A DNA stretch of 64,000 nucleotides from Amoebidium appalachense (GCA_963693365.1 CAVNZM010000004.1:10940468-11004467); one strand, 5' to 3'. Shown: positions 11,210-30,729, counted from the first letter of the stretch. Program-made: numbers and translations. Notes: generated from the letters alone by a model not told the origin.

Positions 11210-12762
11210 CTTACAGTGGTGTTTGGTTCATTTACAGGTTCTATGCACGATATGGATCCTCCATCCACCGAAAGAGACGACTGATTCTGGTGGTGTGTAG
11301 GTGGTGGTGGCGGTGGCGCCGTCGCCGGGACAATACTATCTCCCTCGCAATCATTCGAAATTGGGGTATCTACCTCCGCACACACATGCTCATCCGAAAT
11401 TTCCTCTTGGTTATCTACTTCTTCCTCAATTTTCGCGTCTTCGGTTGTCCCTTTGGTACATTTGTTTTCCGTGCTGCTTGAATGCAAAGATACTATCGGC
11501 GACGGTGGTGGTGTGTGTGGGGTAATGCACACGACAGGTACCATTGACAATTCCATGCTTCCGGTGGTGTTTCGTGGGGCCCGCGGTGGTGGGTTTGTGC
11601 TTAGTCGAAGCGGCTGCACAGTTATTGGGAGTAGGTTTTAGTTGGAGCAAATTATTGGTAAAACATGAAAGCATCACAAATCCTTCAATGTAAACATTTC
11701 TGGTCTTGCAAACTAGCAAACCTTGGATAGAAAGTATGGCATTACATTCCAGCTTTAGCCATGTACATTATCACGGAAACGTACTCGGTATGTTTAGGGC
11801 ATGTGAGTAATACAGACAGTGTATTAGTCAATGCATTGTTTGTACGCATGGCTCAGTATTGCAGCAGCCATTGAAACATTATCCGTAAAGCAAGCAGCCA
11901 TGTGTTCCATGTAGCTGTACACGGGAGCAGTGATGCATCCTTTTCTCCAAAGATCTTTGGAACCGGATTCTATTTCGACCATTAATGAACATGTGCAGTC
12001 TGAGTTTTTAAGCATGTGGCTGTCGAGTGTATGGCCTTAAGAGCAGCTGGCTGTGATGCGCTGACACAACCGGTGTCACAGGTTCAAGGCTTGACAAACA
12101 CATTGACAGCGGCTTACTCCTTGTATAACAAATACATACAAGATCGACAAGCAAGGCTTGACAAACACATTGACAGCGGCTTACTCCTTGTATAACAAAT
12201 ACATACAAGATCGACAAGCGAGTTGTCCATGAGATCGAGACACCGGCAGAGACATTGAACACACTGAGAAGCAGAGGCCGTCTCAAGTTAAGTTGCACAC
12301 ACTTTGGGCTCAGATTGTGCAGTTTGTGCAGAGAATGACAGAAAGTGACAAAGAGCGTGCGATCTGTTCGAGTCTCATCGCAGTTGCACCACATTTCCAT
12401 TTCCGCGCGCACACCTTTTTTTTTGCACTTAGCACGCGCGCGCACACACACAGACACACACACGCACATTAGCATAGGCACAGGCCCACAGAACACAACG
12501 AGCAACTTCATAATGCACCTGCCCACATGTACACATGCTCGCCCACCCACCCACCCACCCACCCATCCGCCAGCCCAGCCGCCTACACAAATGCACACGC
12601 AGAAACCTTCCGTCTCGTATTTCTTTATTACTATTTTTTTTCATGTTAATGAACCCAACACAACAAACACCACAGACTCCACAAACACCATGCCCTTACC
12701 TGGGCCTGTGACGGTTTAGGGCCGCAGTCAAAAAACGCACTGGGGCTTACGGCTGCAGCCAT
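8462..12762 (-). CDS. Hypothetical protein, ~419 aa: disordered Pro/Ser/acidic N-terminal part and a possible C-terminal ubiquitin-like (RBD/RA/FERM-F0-like) domain
   Basis: Exons 12762-12700 ([21 protein letters not shown]), 11613-11215, 10710-10582 and 9130-8462. All are phase 0, with GTAAGG/GTAAGC/GTACGT donors, CAG acceptors and a CTAAC branch site before the last exon. The last exon contains [29 protein letters not shown]. The first exon is the least certain. Confidence 0.7.
9685..9876. repeat. Nested short duplications: 16 bp x3 followed by ~42 bp x2
   Basis: TGCACGTATTCAACT(A/G) x3 at 9685-9732. ACGTCAGACATGTGCAGG...TTTGGACAATGC near 9736 and 9835, separated by (CA)n and poly-A. Confidence 0.85.
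12085..12218. repeat. Perfect tandem duplication, 2 x 67 bp, intronic
   Basis: CAAGGCTTGACAAACACATTGACAGCGG...GATCGACAAG at 12085-12151 and 12152-12218. Confidence 0.95.
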
Positions 12763-15226
12763 GGTCTGCCTTCTAGAAAAAAATGAGCCCGCGCAACACT
12801 TTTCATTCACCAACGGCGTGGGGGGTTGTGGTTGCTAACATAAAATCATCAAGGGGAGAGTTTTTTGTCGAGCTTCTGAAGGAGTCTCAAAATTTGGTGT
12901 ACGAGCTGTACAGATGCAATCTTTATGCATATATGTATGTTTACGCTCTAGCAGGGCTAATTGAGGGCCTGGAGTGTGCTTAAGGTTAAATAACGCCCTG
13001 GGAAATACTGTTGAACAGGTTTGGTTATTACCACAGGAGAACCCAAATGGCTCTGACTTGCATCAAGGCTTCCAAATATTGGTTGTGTGGCCGTACGGTA
13101 AGGATATACTGTACATGTGTGTGCTGCGACTGCATGCGTGCGTTCAAGAAAGCCTATCTTACAACTAATCCAACAGATACAGAAGGGGTGATTGGAGTTC
13201 CTGTTTAGAGCCGTTACGAGAATACAAACACTGAAGTTATGACAGGACATGATACACACAACTGGCGCTTGTCTTGAGAAAACGTTTCTCTGTGCGAACT
13301 GGAGGTGGTCATTGATCAAGGCTTGATGCATGCTGCTGAGCTATGTGAGCACACAATGGCATGTGCCCGCTCCCATCCGCTTTAAAACATAAACAAGTGG
13401 TGATTTAACAAATGTATTGGCGCTGCTTTATAATATATAGCTGCTGAACAATTGATTATTAATATCGCATCGGGTTAAAATCAGGATAAGACGTATCGCA
13501 TTCTTGCGACTATGATTGAACGGTTTTATCCGCCCTTGAGGAGGGTAAATTTTGCCAACAATGCTATGGTATGTGAACAATCCAAGTGTCGCCGTCATCG
13601 CGAGGCTCCGGCCAACTTGAACGGGAAAAAACGGTCTCTGTTCAGTCTTGCAGCTCTCCTGCCACCTTTTGAGTTTTCAAGGCAGAATTTATTTTTAAGG
13701 CCTTAAAGCGACTGATCACGAGGCTCTCCAGCCCTTGACTCAGAAATGGAAGTAGATTTGGTCAGCACGTCAGGAGTCAGGACGTGGACAGCTCACTGAG
13801 CTCATGATATCGCAGTGTACAATCAGTCTGACGACTCACGATGCTCTCTGCGGGATCATGACTAAAAGTGATGATCAAGCCGTGTGGCCAAATCAACTTG
13901 AACTTGCAGGGTGCACGTGGTAGAGTGTGCATACTACGTGGAGCGTGCCGATACACCAAGCTGTAAAAGGCCGGGGTCGCAACCAGCTGAGGCTTCAACA
14001 CCATGCATATGGCCTCCATACATAAATAAATCAAATATATATAAGTCAGTGGCACACGCAGTAGTAATAATACTATGCACATGCACATGTTCATGCCATA
14101 TGTACTGGAAAACCCGTTGGTGGCATCTCAGCTTGGCTTGGCAACGTCGATTTTTCAAGGCCGGGACGCACCTTTCTGCACATGTGCACACACACAGCAC
14201 AAGCTAATTGTCAATTGTGTCAGCATTGACTCACCGGCAGCAACCACGTGACTTGCACAAGCATCATTTGACCACAGCCTCGTACGCGTGTTGAAAATTT
14301 ATCCGCAAGAACTTGTGCAACTTGGAGAAATGCGTTTGTGTCGGCCGCCCGTACATACGCGTTTTTTGTGGAGTCAGACAGGACCGTGAGGGTTCTAGGT
14401 CAAAAAGTCTGCCTGTTTACTCCTAGGCCTGCGGATGAACCACAGCGTCAACAGCACACGTACATGCATGAAAGTTTTTTTTTTGTTTTTTTTATACTGA
14501 CTTTATTGATAAGCTCATCATGAAAGTTTCCAAAAAGACGTGATTGTGATGAAGTTGCAACTTAACGGCTGAAATTTGCTTCGAGTTGGTGCCGTTGACA
14601 CCTTCAGTACGTGCGCGTACTCGCGTTGGGTATGTGCACATCTGACTCCAATGAGTCCCAGAGGCCAGGGCGGAGATGCTACGTACACGATGTCACGTGA
14701 AATTGAGGGCCCCAACATGTCGACGTCAGTCTTGGGAACAGTCAGCCGCCGCGGCCTGTACACGGCAGACCGGTTTGTGTCAGCGCACCTGAGCGCACGA
14801 CACTTTGCATGGCATGGACATCAGCAAGGGCCTCAGCCTGCCCGATAGATCACCATCCGAATTTCGTGGTGCCGTACGTTAGTAAGGTGTTATTGACGCT
14901 GCAATTGCCTTACGGGCTGACCATTTGTGCTCGAAATCGACTAAGCAAGTGCCACGATGCTGTGTCCACGGTACTTTCGTCTCGTTGGGCTATCATCAAT
15001 GACAACAGGAAGTCCCCGAGTATACATATACGCATGGCATATTTACTAGTGACCAGTCAGACAACCATGGCCATGGCGTTTTATTAATTCATCAGCCAAA
15101 CCTAAAAAAAAATAAAATAAAAAAAAAAACACAATAAAAGACAACGAATCTTCTCCAAGCCTAGGACTTTTAAAACGTTCACGTATGCCCCTTCTTCTTC
15201 CTTCGGAACTTTTTCAACCTCACACC

Positions 15227-15566
15227 ATGGCTGACGCATACGGGTTTGAGCACACAGCCGGGTCCGGGCTGGTGGTGGTGACGGGGGCAACGAGTGGCAT
15301 TGGGGAGGCCACGGCAGCCCTTTTTGCGCAAAAGGGACGCCCGCTGTTGCTGCTGGGGAGGAGGCAGGAGAGGCTGGACGCACTGGCGGCAAGGCACAGC
15401 AACGTCATGGCTGAGAAGGTGTGTGTGCGGGTGGGGGAAGGGGGGGGGGGGGGGGGGGAGGGGAGGGGAGAGGGGGGAGGGGATGTGGGTGTGTACAGAG
15501 AATGTGTGTGTGGGGGGGGGAGGGGGCTGGGGGGGGGGGGATGTGGGTGTGTTTAGAAAAGGGGTG

Positions 15567-15623
<57 letters not shown>

Positions 15624-15646
15624 GTGTGTGTGCGTGTGTGTGTGAC

Positions 15647-15679
<33 letters not shown>

Positions 15680-16184
15680 GCCCCCCGGGGGGGTTGGGGG
15701 GGTTGGGGGGGATGTGGGTGTGTGCACAGAAGGTGTTTGTGGTGCTGGTGGTGGTGTTGGTGGGGGAGGTGGGTGGATGTGTGTGTCCGTGTGCTGCACG
15801 TGTGTGCGTGTGCGTGTGTGCTTGTGCGTATGCGTGTGTGCACGCACGTGTATGTGTGTGTAATAGTAGGTGTGTGTCGGTGACACATGTTTCAATGGGA
15901 TCGTGTGATTGTTGTGGTGCATTTCGCCCCCATTATAAGCCCATAAGGCTGACGTTTGCGGCCCCACGTGATTCTGCTGCAGAACCACTTTCACGTCTTG
16001 AGACTTTATAACACCTGTAGAATTTGATGCCACGCCCCGGCCCGGGCAATAAAAAGCTTTTCGGAAAATACATTCCCCCCCCCTCTCCCCCCAACACACA
16101 CACACTCTTGGCAAAAAAAGAAAACAAAAAACTCTGGACACTGATATATGATACAACACACGGCACACCTCTCCCTCCCTCGAG

Positions 16185-16220
<36 letters not shown>

Positions 16221-16344
16221 GCGCACCAATACCGTGCACCACCACCACCATTACACCCACACGCACAGGTGGACATGCGTGATCTGAAGGCTGTGGAGGG
16301 TGCTGTGACACGTGCAGAGCAGCGCTTTGGCCCCGTGGAGGTTA

Positions 16345-16378
<34 letters not shown>

Positions 16379-16696
16379 CCCCCACCACCACCAACCCATC
16401 TACCCCACCCTAACACCCATCTTTGCCACCCACACACCAACGCAAAACTTTCGGACACAAAACGTGCACTGCGGCACAACAGGACACAGTGTCGCACTGC
16501 CCCCGTCTCTTCCTGCCCCCACCATTCCCCTGCCTACACAAGAAGACAAGAGTGACACACACACACACACACAAATATAAGCTTATGTACAATATATGAA
16601 CAATTTCACACACGAAAACATCCGCTTCTGTTCATCTTTCAATCAAACAAGCCAATTAATTACCGTGCTGGACCCAGCCTCCCCCCTCCCCCCGCC

Positions 16697-16737
<41 letters not shown>

Positions 16738-17990
16738 CCCCCGCCCACCCCCTTCACCCACCCTCCCCATCCCCCCTCCCTTCCCCACTTCCATCCCCCC
16801 CCCAACTACCATCCCACCACCAAAAGAACCACACCACCCCACCTCCACCCCCTTCCCTCTCAGATCTCGTAATACCACTAACTTCTGTCCCTGCATGGTG
16901 CACATATTTGGGGGTTTCCGACTTTAAGATACCAAAACAAACAAGTCTGAGGAACGACTGCAAATTTCTCATTAGAACTAGGACGGTTATGACTGTGCTG
17001 CCTCTTTCTTTCTTCATAAACCACATTTATATTTACTTGATGGTTTAGGTAGTTCCGCGATCATGAATTTCGTAACTGTGGGTGGTTACGACCCCCCCCC
17101 CCCCCCCCCCCTCCCCGTGGCTGCAACCCAACCCTACCCAACCCTCGTACCAAGCCCACTGAAGTTCACCGTGCCATTTTCTATCATTTCCCAATCTAAT
17201 CGTGGTGTTGCCTTCCCCCCCTCTTCCCCCCCCCTCTCTCCCCCTCCCCCCCTGCACGGCGCCACCTTCTAATACGCGTTACTCTCTGAAAAAGTCTCTG
17301 GCTGTTCCATCCATCCATTTTATCCGAATTTTTTTTTTTTACATGAACACCTCCCGTTGGGTCTTGCATTCCCACTCTCCACATTCCCTCTCCATTCCCC
17401 CCTCCCCCCCCTTTCCCCCCCCTCCCCCCCCCCCCCCTCTCCCTTCGGCGGCACAACTAATTTTTTTTTTTTCCATGGTCACTGATTGATTCTATGAATC
17501 TTTTAGGTGTTTGTCAACAATGCGGGGGTGATGTTTCTGGGGGATGTGGACACCCAATCCCCCACTGAATGGCAGGCCATGATCGACACAAACATCATTG
17601 GTGTGCTTAACGGAGTGCGCGCTGTGGTTGGTACGAATCCCGGCCTCCCGCCCCCCCCCCCTCCCCCCCCCCCCTCCCCCCCCCCCTACCCCCACCCCCC
17701 GCCCCCACCATCCCTACCTCCCGATTTCCAGCAGGAGCAGAAAGTTTTAAGGTTGTAGGGTTTTGTGTTATCTTATCTTTCAGTCAGTTCCTTACTTGTT
17801 TAGGTTAAAGCTTGTGGCACCTATTACACCCAAAACCAATCTGCAACGCATTATGACACGTTGCATGCGTGTGTTGTACCATTGCACACTTCCTGGTGCT
17901 CTTCACCTCATTCGTAACAGGTTTTTTTTATACCCTTGTCTTCCCTCAACTCAAATGCATATGTCAATCTTCTCAAAAACAACCTTGGAT

Positions 17991-18033
<43 letters not shown>

Positions 18034-19157
18034 CGCAGAGCCGCTTTTCAGGCCGCATCATCCAGTTGGCAAGCCGCTCTCAATTGTTGGTTGTTAAACT
18101 GAAACGGGTGCATTGAAATTTTATGCCCACGAGTATCCCCCCCCCTCCCCCCCCCCCCCCCCCGGCCCCTCCTTGCCCATTCCGTGCACGGAGCAAAACA
18201 TCGACCCACACCAACACATTGAATATATAAACATTCATATCACTAACAAACCACAACAACCAACAGGGGGCATGAAGGGGCGTGGGCATGGCACGATCAT
18301 CAACGTGAGCAGTGTGGCGGGGCTCAACCCCTATGCGCAGCATGCGGCCTACTGCGCCAGCAAGCATGCCGTGCACGGCCTGACCAAGACCCTGCGCTTG
18401 GACCTTGCCTCCTCCGGTGTGCGCTGTGTGCTCATCTCCCCGGGCATGGTCGACACCGAACTTGTGCACCACGTCACCGTATGCATTCCCTCCCCCCCCC
18501 CCCCCCCCCCCCCCCCACACACACACACCCTCGGCCCCTCCTCCCCTCTCCCCCCCCCCCACCCCCCCCCCTCCAGTTTAGCTATCCCCCCTCCCCCCCC
18601 CTTCCCCCCTTCCCCCCCCCCCCCCCCCCCAGTATGGTGGCAGTGTGGCCGCCGAGGGCCGGGGGAAGGGGGGGGGGGGGGGGGAGAGAGGAGGGGGGGG
18701 GGGGGGGAGGCTGCCCCTCCCTTGCCTCTCCCACTTGCACCCCCGAAGCGAAATTTAATTTGCTCGCCACGTTCCCGCCAAAACCCAAGCTTGCTACAGG
18801 AGAGATGTTTTCCCCTTTACACACCCTTTCCTATGCATGCCTACACAATCATTCGTGGTTTGTGTCTTTTTTCATGCATGCAAACGCCCAGGGCAACGTA
18901 CGTATTCGCGCTATCGCTTGTTTCACCCCCATTACTGAGAACAATAACAAGTTTTATAATCTTTAAATTTTATTTAATCATATTTAAACCGCGTGCAGGA
19001 CTCTGATGCCAAGGGCATGTGGCTGGGCAAGAAGGAGGCTGTGGGGTGCATCCTCCAGCCGATGGACATTGCCGAGTGCGTACTGTTTGCAGCCACACGG
19101 CCTGGTCACGTGACCATCAGGGAGATCGAGGTGTGCCCCACAAAGCAGAACGATTAG
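15227..19157 (+). CDS. Classical short-chain dehydrogenase/reductase (SDR), likely NADP(H)-preferring, 252 aa
   Basis: Exons 15227-15418, 16269-16340, 17507-17630, 18267-18478 and 18999-19157 (759 nt, phases consistent). Motifs: TGATSGIG, GRR after beta2, VNNAG, NVSS, catalytic YCASK, ISPGMVDT and C-terminal IREIEVCPTKQ. Confidence 0.95.
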
Positions 19158-20052
19158 ATTAATACTGGTTTATCTGTTTGCAGAAGGGGATGGTTGATGT
19201 GGTTTCTTAAAGGCAATGGGTGAGTCAAGTAGAGATGAGCCCTTAGTGTGTTGGTGTCTGTATTTTCATTGCCAATCACGGACGATTGGGAGCTGTTTTG
19301 TGCAATGTGCAAGCATGAGTATATACTTGGTGTGTAAAAATGGCGGTGTGGTGGAACACTGTGCGAGCAAGCATTATGGGCTTTAGTTAAAATGGGACCC
19401 GCATTACTTGCCACGATGAATTTTTTCCTTTCTTCTTGTGAAAAACCCGGCATTGCCGGCATTGCCGATTAAAACCTACAAGGTGCTTTTATTGACTGCT
19501 ACGATATCGGGTCTCCTCCTGGAGGCCGGCGTCTACATTTCTTTACAACCAGGCTGCTTAAGAATATGCAAATTACATCTCAGAGTATGACGGTTTTTGG
19601 CTGCCTGTTACTATGCTCATCTCTACCCTCCCTCCCCCATCCTCCTCCACTCCCCCCCCCCCTTCCCCCCCCCCCTTCCCCCCCTCCAGAAAAAGAAGAA
19701 GAAGAAGAAGAAAAAGAAGTCTTAAGAAAAAAAATGAGAGAGGAAAGAAAGAAAGAAAAAAGGGGGGGGGGGGGGGGGGGGAAAGGAAAAGAGGGGTTTT
19801 TCTTTCCGAGTAACTTTCATAAAACGAAAAAAAACTCACCCCATCGCCATGTTACCACCACCATGGTACCACCATCATCAGACACATACGTGTACACACA
19901 AACACGCACACACGCACACACGCACACACACACACACACACACACATATATAAACCTGCAACTTAGAACAATGGCACACAACATGTGACATTCTCTTTCT
20001 CTCTCTCTCTCCCTCCCTCCCTCCCTCCCTCCCTCCCTCCCTCCCTCCCTCC

Positions 20053-20085
<33 letters not shown>

Positions 20086-20394
20086 GCTCTCTCTCTCTCT
20101 CTCGCTCTCTCTCATTCATATCAGGGCCACCAGTAACACCACTGGCATTGTGTGCTGCCTTTAAAATAAAATATTTCCCCCTCCCCCTCTCCCCTCATTC
20201 TTCCCCTTCCCCTCCCCCCCTCCCCCCATTCTTTCCCCCTCCCCCCCCCCCCCTTAATAGGTTTTTCTGAGACCCCTAGTGATTTTCTATGCACAGCTGC
20301 AGAAATCCCCCTCCCCTCCCTCCCCCTGAACCTCTTTTCCATTATGCTCAGTGCCACATATCCTCCCCAGTCTCCCTCAGTGCTTGCAACCTCA

Positions 20395-20856
20395 GAGTCC
20401 TTCTCTCTATTCTGCCTGCCCTATTCTCCTTCCCAGCCTGAGGCCTCCTCCGCCCTTCCCCCGTTCCCTCTTTCTACCCCCCCCCCCCCCCCCCCCCCCC
20501 CCCAAAGCCCTATGAAGCATGGTAACAATACATACTCGATAAACGTCATGAAATAATATTTTGCTTCTGTTACAGTAAATCGGTTTTGAAATAGCTCTCG
20601 TATCCCCAGCTGGTTTTCCTTGTTTCCCCCTCCCAGCCTTGCCGTCTCCCCAGCCCCCCACCCTCCCCCTCCCCCTCCCCCTCCCCTCGGAGTCCTAAAA
20701 CCCCAAAACAATTACTGTACACGCACACACGTACACACACACACACTTCTCCTCCCCCAAGTCCCTCTTTGTTATTTTCTCTTCTCCCCCCCCCCCCCCC
20801 CCCCCCCCTCACTCCCTCCCCCTCTGGCTCTCTCTTTCTCCCTGCCCCCTTCTCCC
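20395..20856 (-). mobile_element. Dispersed repeat, module F (inverted copy of 25572-25949)
   Basis: CAAAGCCCTATGAAG...ACATACTCGATAAAC...TTGCTTCTGTTACAG...CCAAGTCCCTCTTTGTT is the reverse complement of sequence at 25572-25949. Confidence 0.85.
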
Positions 20857-20887
20857 GAAAAGAAACTCACCCCATGGCCATGTGACG

Positions 20888-21187
20888 AGCCTTCACTTTA
20901 GAGTACTACCGGGGCAACTAGTACTATCAAGTTGAAATCGCAGACCCGCGGCCGTTTTTATTCCATGGGGCACGAGACGACGGTCTAGCAAATGGTGTAT
21001 ACTGGTGGGGTTTGATAGTTACTGTAGCTTGATTTATGAACAAGCGTGGCACGTTTACGTCACACGAATGAGCTACAAGTTTACACTGCGGAAGAAAATA
21101 AAGGACTGGGGGAGGTTTAGGGGTTGAGAAAGAGGGCTGGGGGATGGAAGAACAACAAGTGCAACACCCATAAAATTACCTCCCCCC

Positions 21188-21245
<58 letters not shown>

Positions 21246-21340
21246 AGAAAAAGAAAAAGAACTGAGAAAAGAAAAAAGAAAAACTTAAAAAACAGGAAAC
21301 ATCAGGGAGAAGGGAAGAACACTAGATGAAGATCTGGAAG
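20888..21340 (+). mobile_element. Dispersed repeat, module A (direct copy of 31251-31668)
   Basis: Shares AGTACTACCGGGG, ACGACGGTCTAGCAAATGGTGTAT, GGGGTTTGATAGTTACTGTAGCTTG, GTGCAACACCCATAAAATTACCTCCCC and AAAAAACAGGAAACATCAGGGA with the copy at 31251. Confidence 0.9.
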
Positions 21341-21654
21341 GACGGTCTCAGTGAAGAGGAGAAGAAAAAGGAAGGAGATCGGAAATAGCCGAGAGTATAG
21401 AAAGCAACAAATGGAGGTCACGGAAAAGGCAAGCTGCCAAGGATTTGGAGACTTGAAGGGAAACGAAAATTTGAAAAACACGATTGATAATCGGGTGCGT
21501 GTGTGTGTGCGCGCACATGTGTATGTGCGCGTGTGTCACAAAAGTTTATTTGTATGTGGGCACGCGCATTTTTGTGTGTGTTTGAGTGTATGTGCGCGCG
21601 CGTGTGTGTGTGGTGTGTGTGTGTGTTTTGTGTGTGTGTGTGTGCGCGTGTCAC

Positions 21655-21780
<126 letters not shown>

Positions 21781-22837
21781 CGTCTGTGTGTGTGTGTCAG
21801 TGTGTGTGTATGTGTTTGTGTGTTGTGTGTCAGTCGCCATCTAAGCTAGAAAGGTTGTTGAAGACTGAGGGAGAACTGGTTAATTGGACCGTCAAGGACG
21901 GGCTGCATTTCCAAGGACCAATTGCAAGCTCCTGCGTGGACCGCCCAGGGCACTGTAGTGACCGGGAGGTAGCTTAGTGGGGATGGCAGTAGACTCATGG
22001 GGGTTACATTAGTCGTGGCCTAGAGCATGTACACTGGGTGACTCGGCAAAAATGCCGGCAGGTTTATTCCCCACGATTAATGTCTTACAACTGGTATACA
22101 TTATTGGCAGGGTCGAGGTAGCTTAATGTTAAACACAATAAAGGTAACCCCCCCCCCCCCCCCCCTCCCCCAACTTCCCCCATCAAAAGACAAAAAGACC
22201 CAGAAGAAAAAAAAGGCCCTGAGAAGGAGCAAGTTAGAAACACAAGGATAGAAAAGCAAGATAAGATAGAGAGGTCTCGTTGAAAAGAAAACGTCAGAAA
22301 GACAAGAAAGAAGGGTACTATAGGAAAGCTCGGGCAATTTTAACGCCTATGCATGGCACGGCTAATTTTTTTAAGTACATACTGCAGCTACTTGAAAGAT
22401 TCTGAACTGTGAATAAAAAACATGAAAGGACACAGCCGAACCGTTTAACTGCTGACTTCCACGGTCCGTGTCTTGACTAATTATGGTAAATATCATGCGG
22501 CATCAAAAAAAGGGCTGTATGAGGTGCGGGATATTGCAACTGCTATGATTCATTTTTCGGGTGTATTTCTTTCAAAATTGAATACCTGGTCCATATCATT
22601 ACTTGTCACATCCTGCCCAACGACACTGTGGTTCATGCTATATTTAATATATGCACACAAAATTCCTCCCTACTAATGAATATACCTCCTACTGCTAATG
22701 AATAATTTTTGTTTTGTTGACAGCCCGACGGTCACCTAGCAAGCCATATATACTCATACATGTGGCACCGCCGGACGGTCACTTCGGATCGGTCATAATG
22801 GTTCCAGGCAGGTATAGTTGCCACCCCTTTGAAATTC

Positions 22838-28027
<5,190 letters not shown>

Positions 28028-29350
28028 GTTGACAGCTGTTACTGTGATATATTCGTATATGCGCACGGGTTTTTTTTCCAATTCATGCGCACCGGTTTTC
28101 AAGTATTGGTTTGCACTTCATTCGTCTAAGTCACCGAAATCTGCCAAGTATTCACCACTGCGGCTATCATAGTATGGTGCACCATACAAATGTCCAGCGA
28201 GTCGTTCGTGCCCCGCCTTTTGACAGGCCCAAGTAATTGGCCTTGTTCGCAGGCCGTTAAAACTTTTCAACCTCCACCACTTACCAATGATTCTCAACTT
28301 TTCTAGAATCTGCATGATGAATCGTAAACCTAATCAATCACATACATATGGTTTGACTTTATTGCTTGGTAAGGAAAGCTGGACCAAACTCGCGAAGTCA
28401 AATATTTTCTTGGAATATATTATTGCGTAATGCTGCACATGTATCTGTGTTCCTACTCCAGTATTCATAACAATGCATATGGCCGAGGGCCCCCAATGGA
28501 ATGCGTGGTATCCAGATTTATCCGATATCATGATAAGGCATCCAGGTTTTATCGGAGAGTTTTGTTTTGGCATTTCAAGTGGGCACTGGGTAGGCCTATA
28601 TAACAGAACAGTTTATATAGGCTATGTACCGCTCGCCTAATATATTAACAAGATTGTTGTGCTCCTTGCGTCCTTCAATATTACGACGAACGAGAACGAG
28701 GGGTACGTCATACACTTAATGTTTCAGTAACTGGATGTCACTGTTCATACTTATCACTACTAGTACTACATCACCACTCCATGGCATTCCAAGAATCTAT
28801 TTTGCTTACAACTGACAGAACTTGAAACCGATCTCGAGCTCGCGAGGGACTCCTTAACGACTATGTCGGCATTTCTCGATTGTGATTTTAATACTTTACC
28901 ATGTCCGGACTTTCCTAAAACAAACATTACATATACGGAAACTACCAATCAGTGCGAGTCAATTTTATCGGCTTCGGCTGGCCGTGAGCCACCATGTACG
29001 TGATCCAGGGACGTCATTCTCAATTTCGTGACATCATCAATGACGACATGCAATTTTGAACTACGTCATAACTACGTCATAATTGAGAAAAACGACATAG
29101 ACCTTAAGCTTACTTACACTCCTGATCCATCTACATTGCACACGCACCGTCAATTCATAGGGACGGCACGTTCGGGCAGAGAGAGGGTGTGACACGTGCA
29201 CGTGTGTGTAGTAGATTTACTTTGAGTCACAGCGAGAGAGAGAGAGAGACAGAGAGAGGGGGGGGCTCCGGGGCCGAGGGGGGGGGGGGGGGGAAGAGAG
29301 AGAGAGAGAGAGAGAGGGAGGGGGGGGGGGGGGGAGAGAGGGGGGGGGGA

Positions 29351-29423
<73 letters not shown>

Positions 29424-29501
29424 TGTGTGTGTGTGCATGTATGTATGTGTGTGACTGTGTGTGTGTGTACACAGTGTGTGGTGCCACTCGCAGAATTACA
29501 G

Positions 29502-29559
<58 letters not shown>

Positions 29560-29593
29560 GTGTCTGTGTGTGTGTGCGCGCACGCGCGCCACG

Positions 29594-29624
<31 letters not shown>

Positions 29625-30353
29625 CGCGCGCGCGCGCGTGTGTGTGTGGTGCGCGCGCACGTGTACGGTGTGTTTGTGTTTGCCAACGGTGTGACTCGAG
29701 CTCAAATCGCTATACAAGCTAGTTATGAAAGATAAGGATATTCAGTATATATAGACACAAAGAACGGCCTTCAAGTTGCTTTCCGAGGTCCGAGGGCCAT
29801 AAACCTGCGCGCAAAAAAAGCTGTAACTGACCAGCTAATTGGAGGTAGCATATTGGAGTATTGGAGTCGGTAGTAGCCTAGCTAGGTGATGTTTCACCGT
29901 GGTCCGGTGCACATCATGGTGACGAGTTTCAGTGTCGGTGTGACTATTGTACAAATCGCCCACCCTTTTATTCCATATGATCCTCATGTGGTCACGACCA
30001 GTGTACATGTCTCTAGCAACTATCATATGTTGGTACCGCGGGCCCCTCTCTTCCCCAAAAAAAAAAGAAAAGAAGAAGAAGAAAAGAAAATTAAGGAAGA
30101 AATTGGAAGAAGAAGTGAGAAGACGAAGACTTGAATCAAGTACCAAGAACGAAAAAGATAGAAAATCGAGACAAGAAATTTTAAAGACCAGGAAAAAAAA
30201 CACGAAGGACGCTGCCGGACGGCATAACCACGGTGCTCTTCTAGACCAACTATATATATAATACTATACTGAATGATTAGCACACTGTGGCCACGTTAGT
30301 ATTATAACTCGCTATTTACAGTATTGTTTTCCAGGGAGGGAGGAGGGGAGGCT

Positions 30354-30387
<34 letters not shown>

Positions 30388-30571
30388 TATCATTACATGT
30401 ATCAAGAATGATATGCACACAAAACTTCCTCCTGCTCAGAACGTACCATGATAGTTCGATGTTCAGGCTGACTCATTTATTATTGGCAGCCTGGGCTCGA
30501 CGGCCACCGTGGGACCCGTTTACCCCTGGTGTGGCACCGACTGTGTTCTGAAGGGGCCACCCGCAAGTTGA

Positions 30572-30729
30572 ACATATTTGCATATACTTGCATATATTTA
30601 TGTCATATATTTGCATCATATTTGCGTATATTTGCATATATATTTTTACATATATCATACTTATTTGCATATTATATTAACTTGATAATATTTGCATATA
30701 TGTCATATATCTGCATATATTTGCATATA

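Noticed and set aside
21965-22050. Pol III A-box-like TAGCTTAGTGG suggesting a tRNA or SINE head
   Set aside because: No B box and no cloverleaf downstream.
28118-28315. 65-aa minus-strand ORF just upstream of the PAN gene
   Set aside because: Short, with no recognisable homology or splice link.
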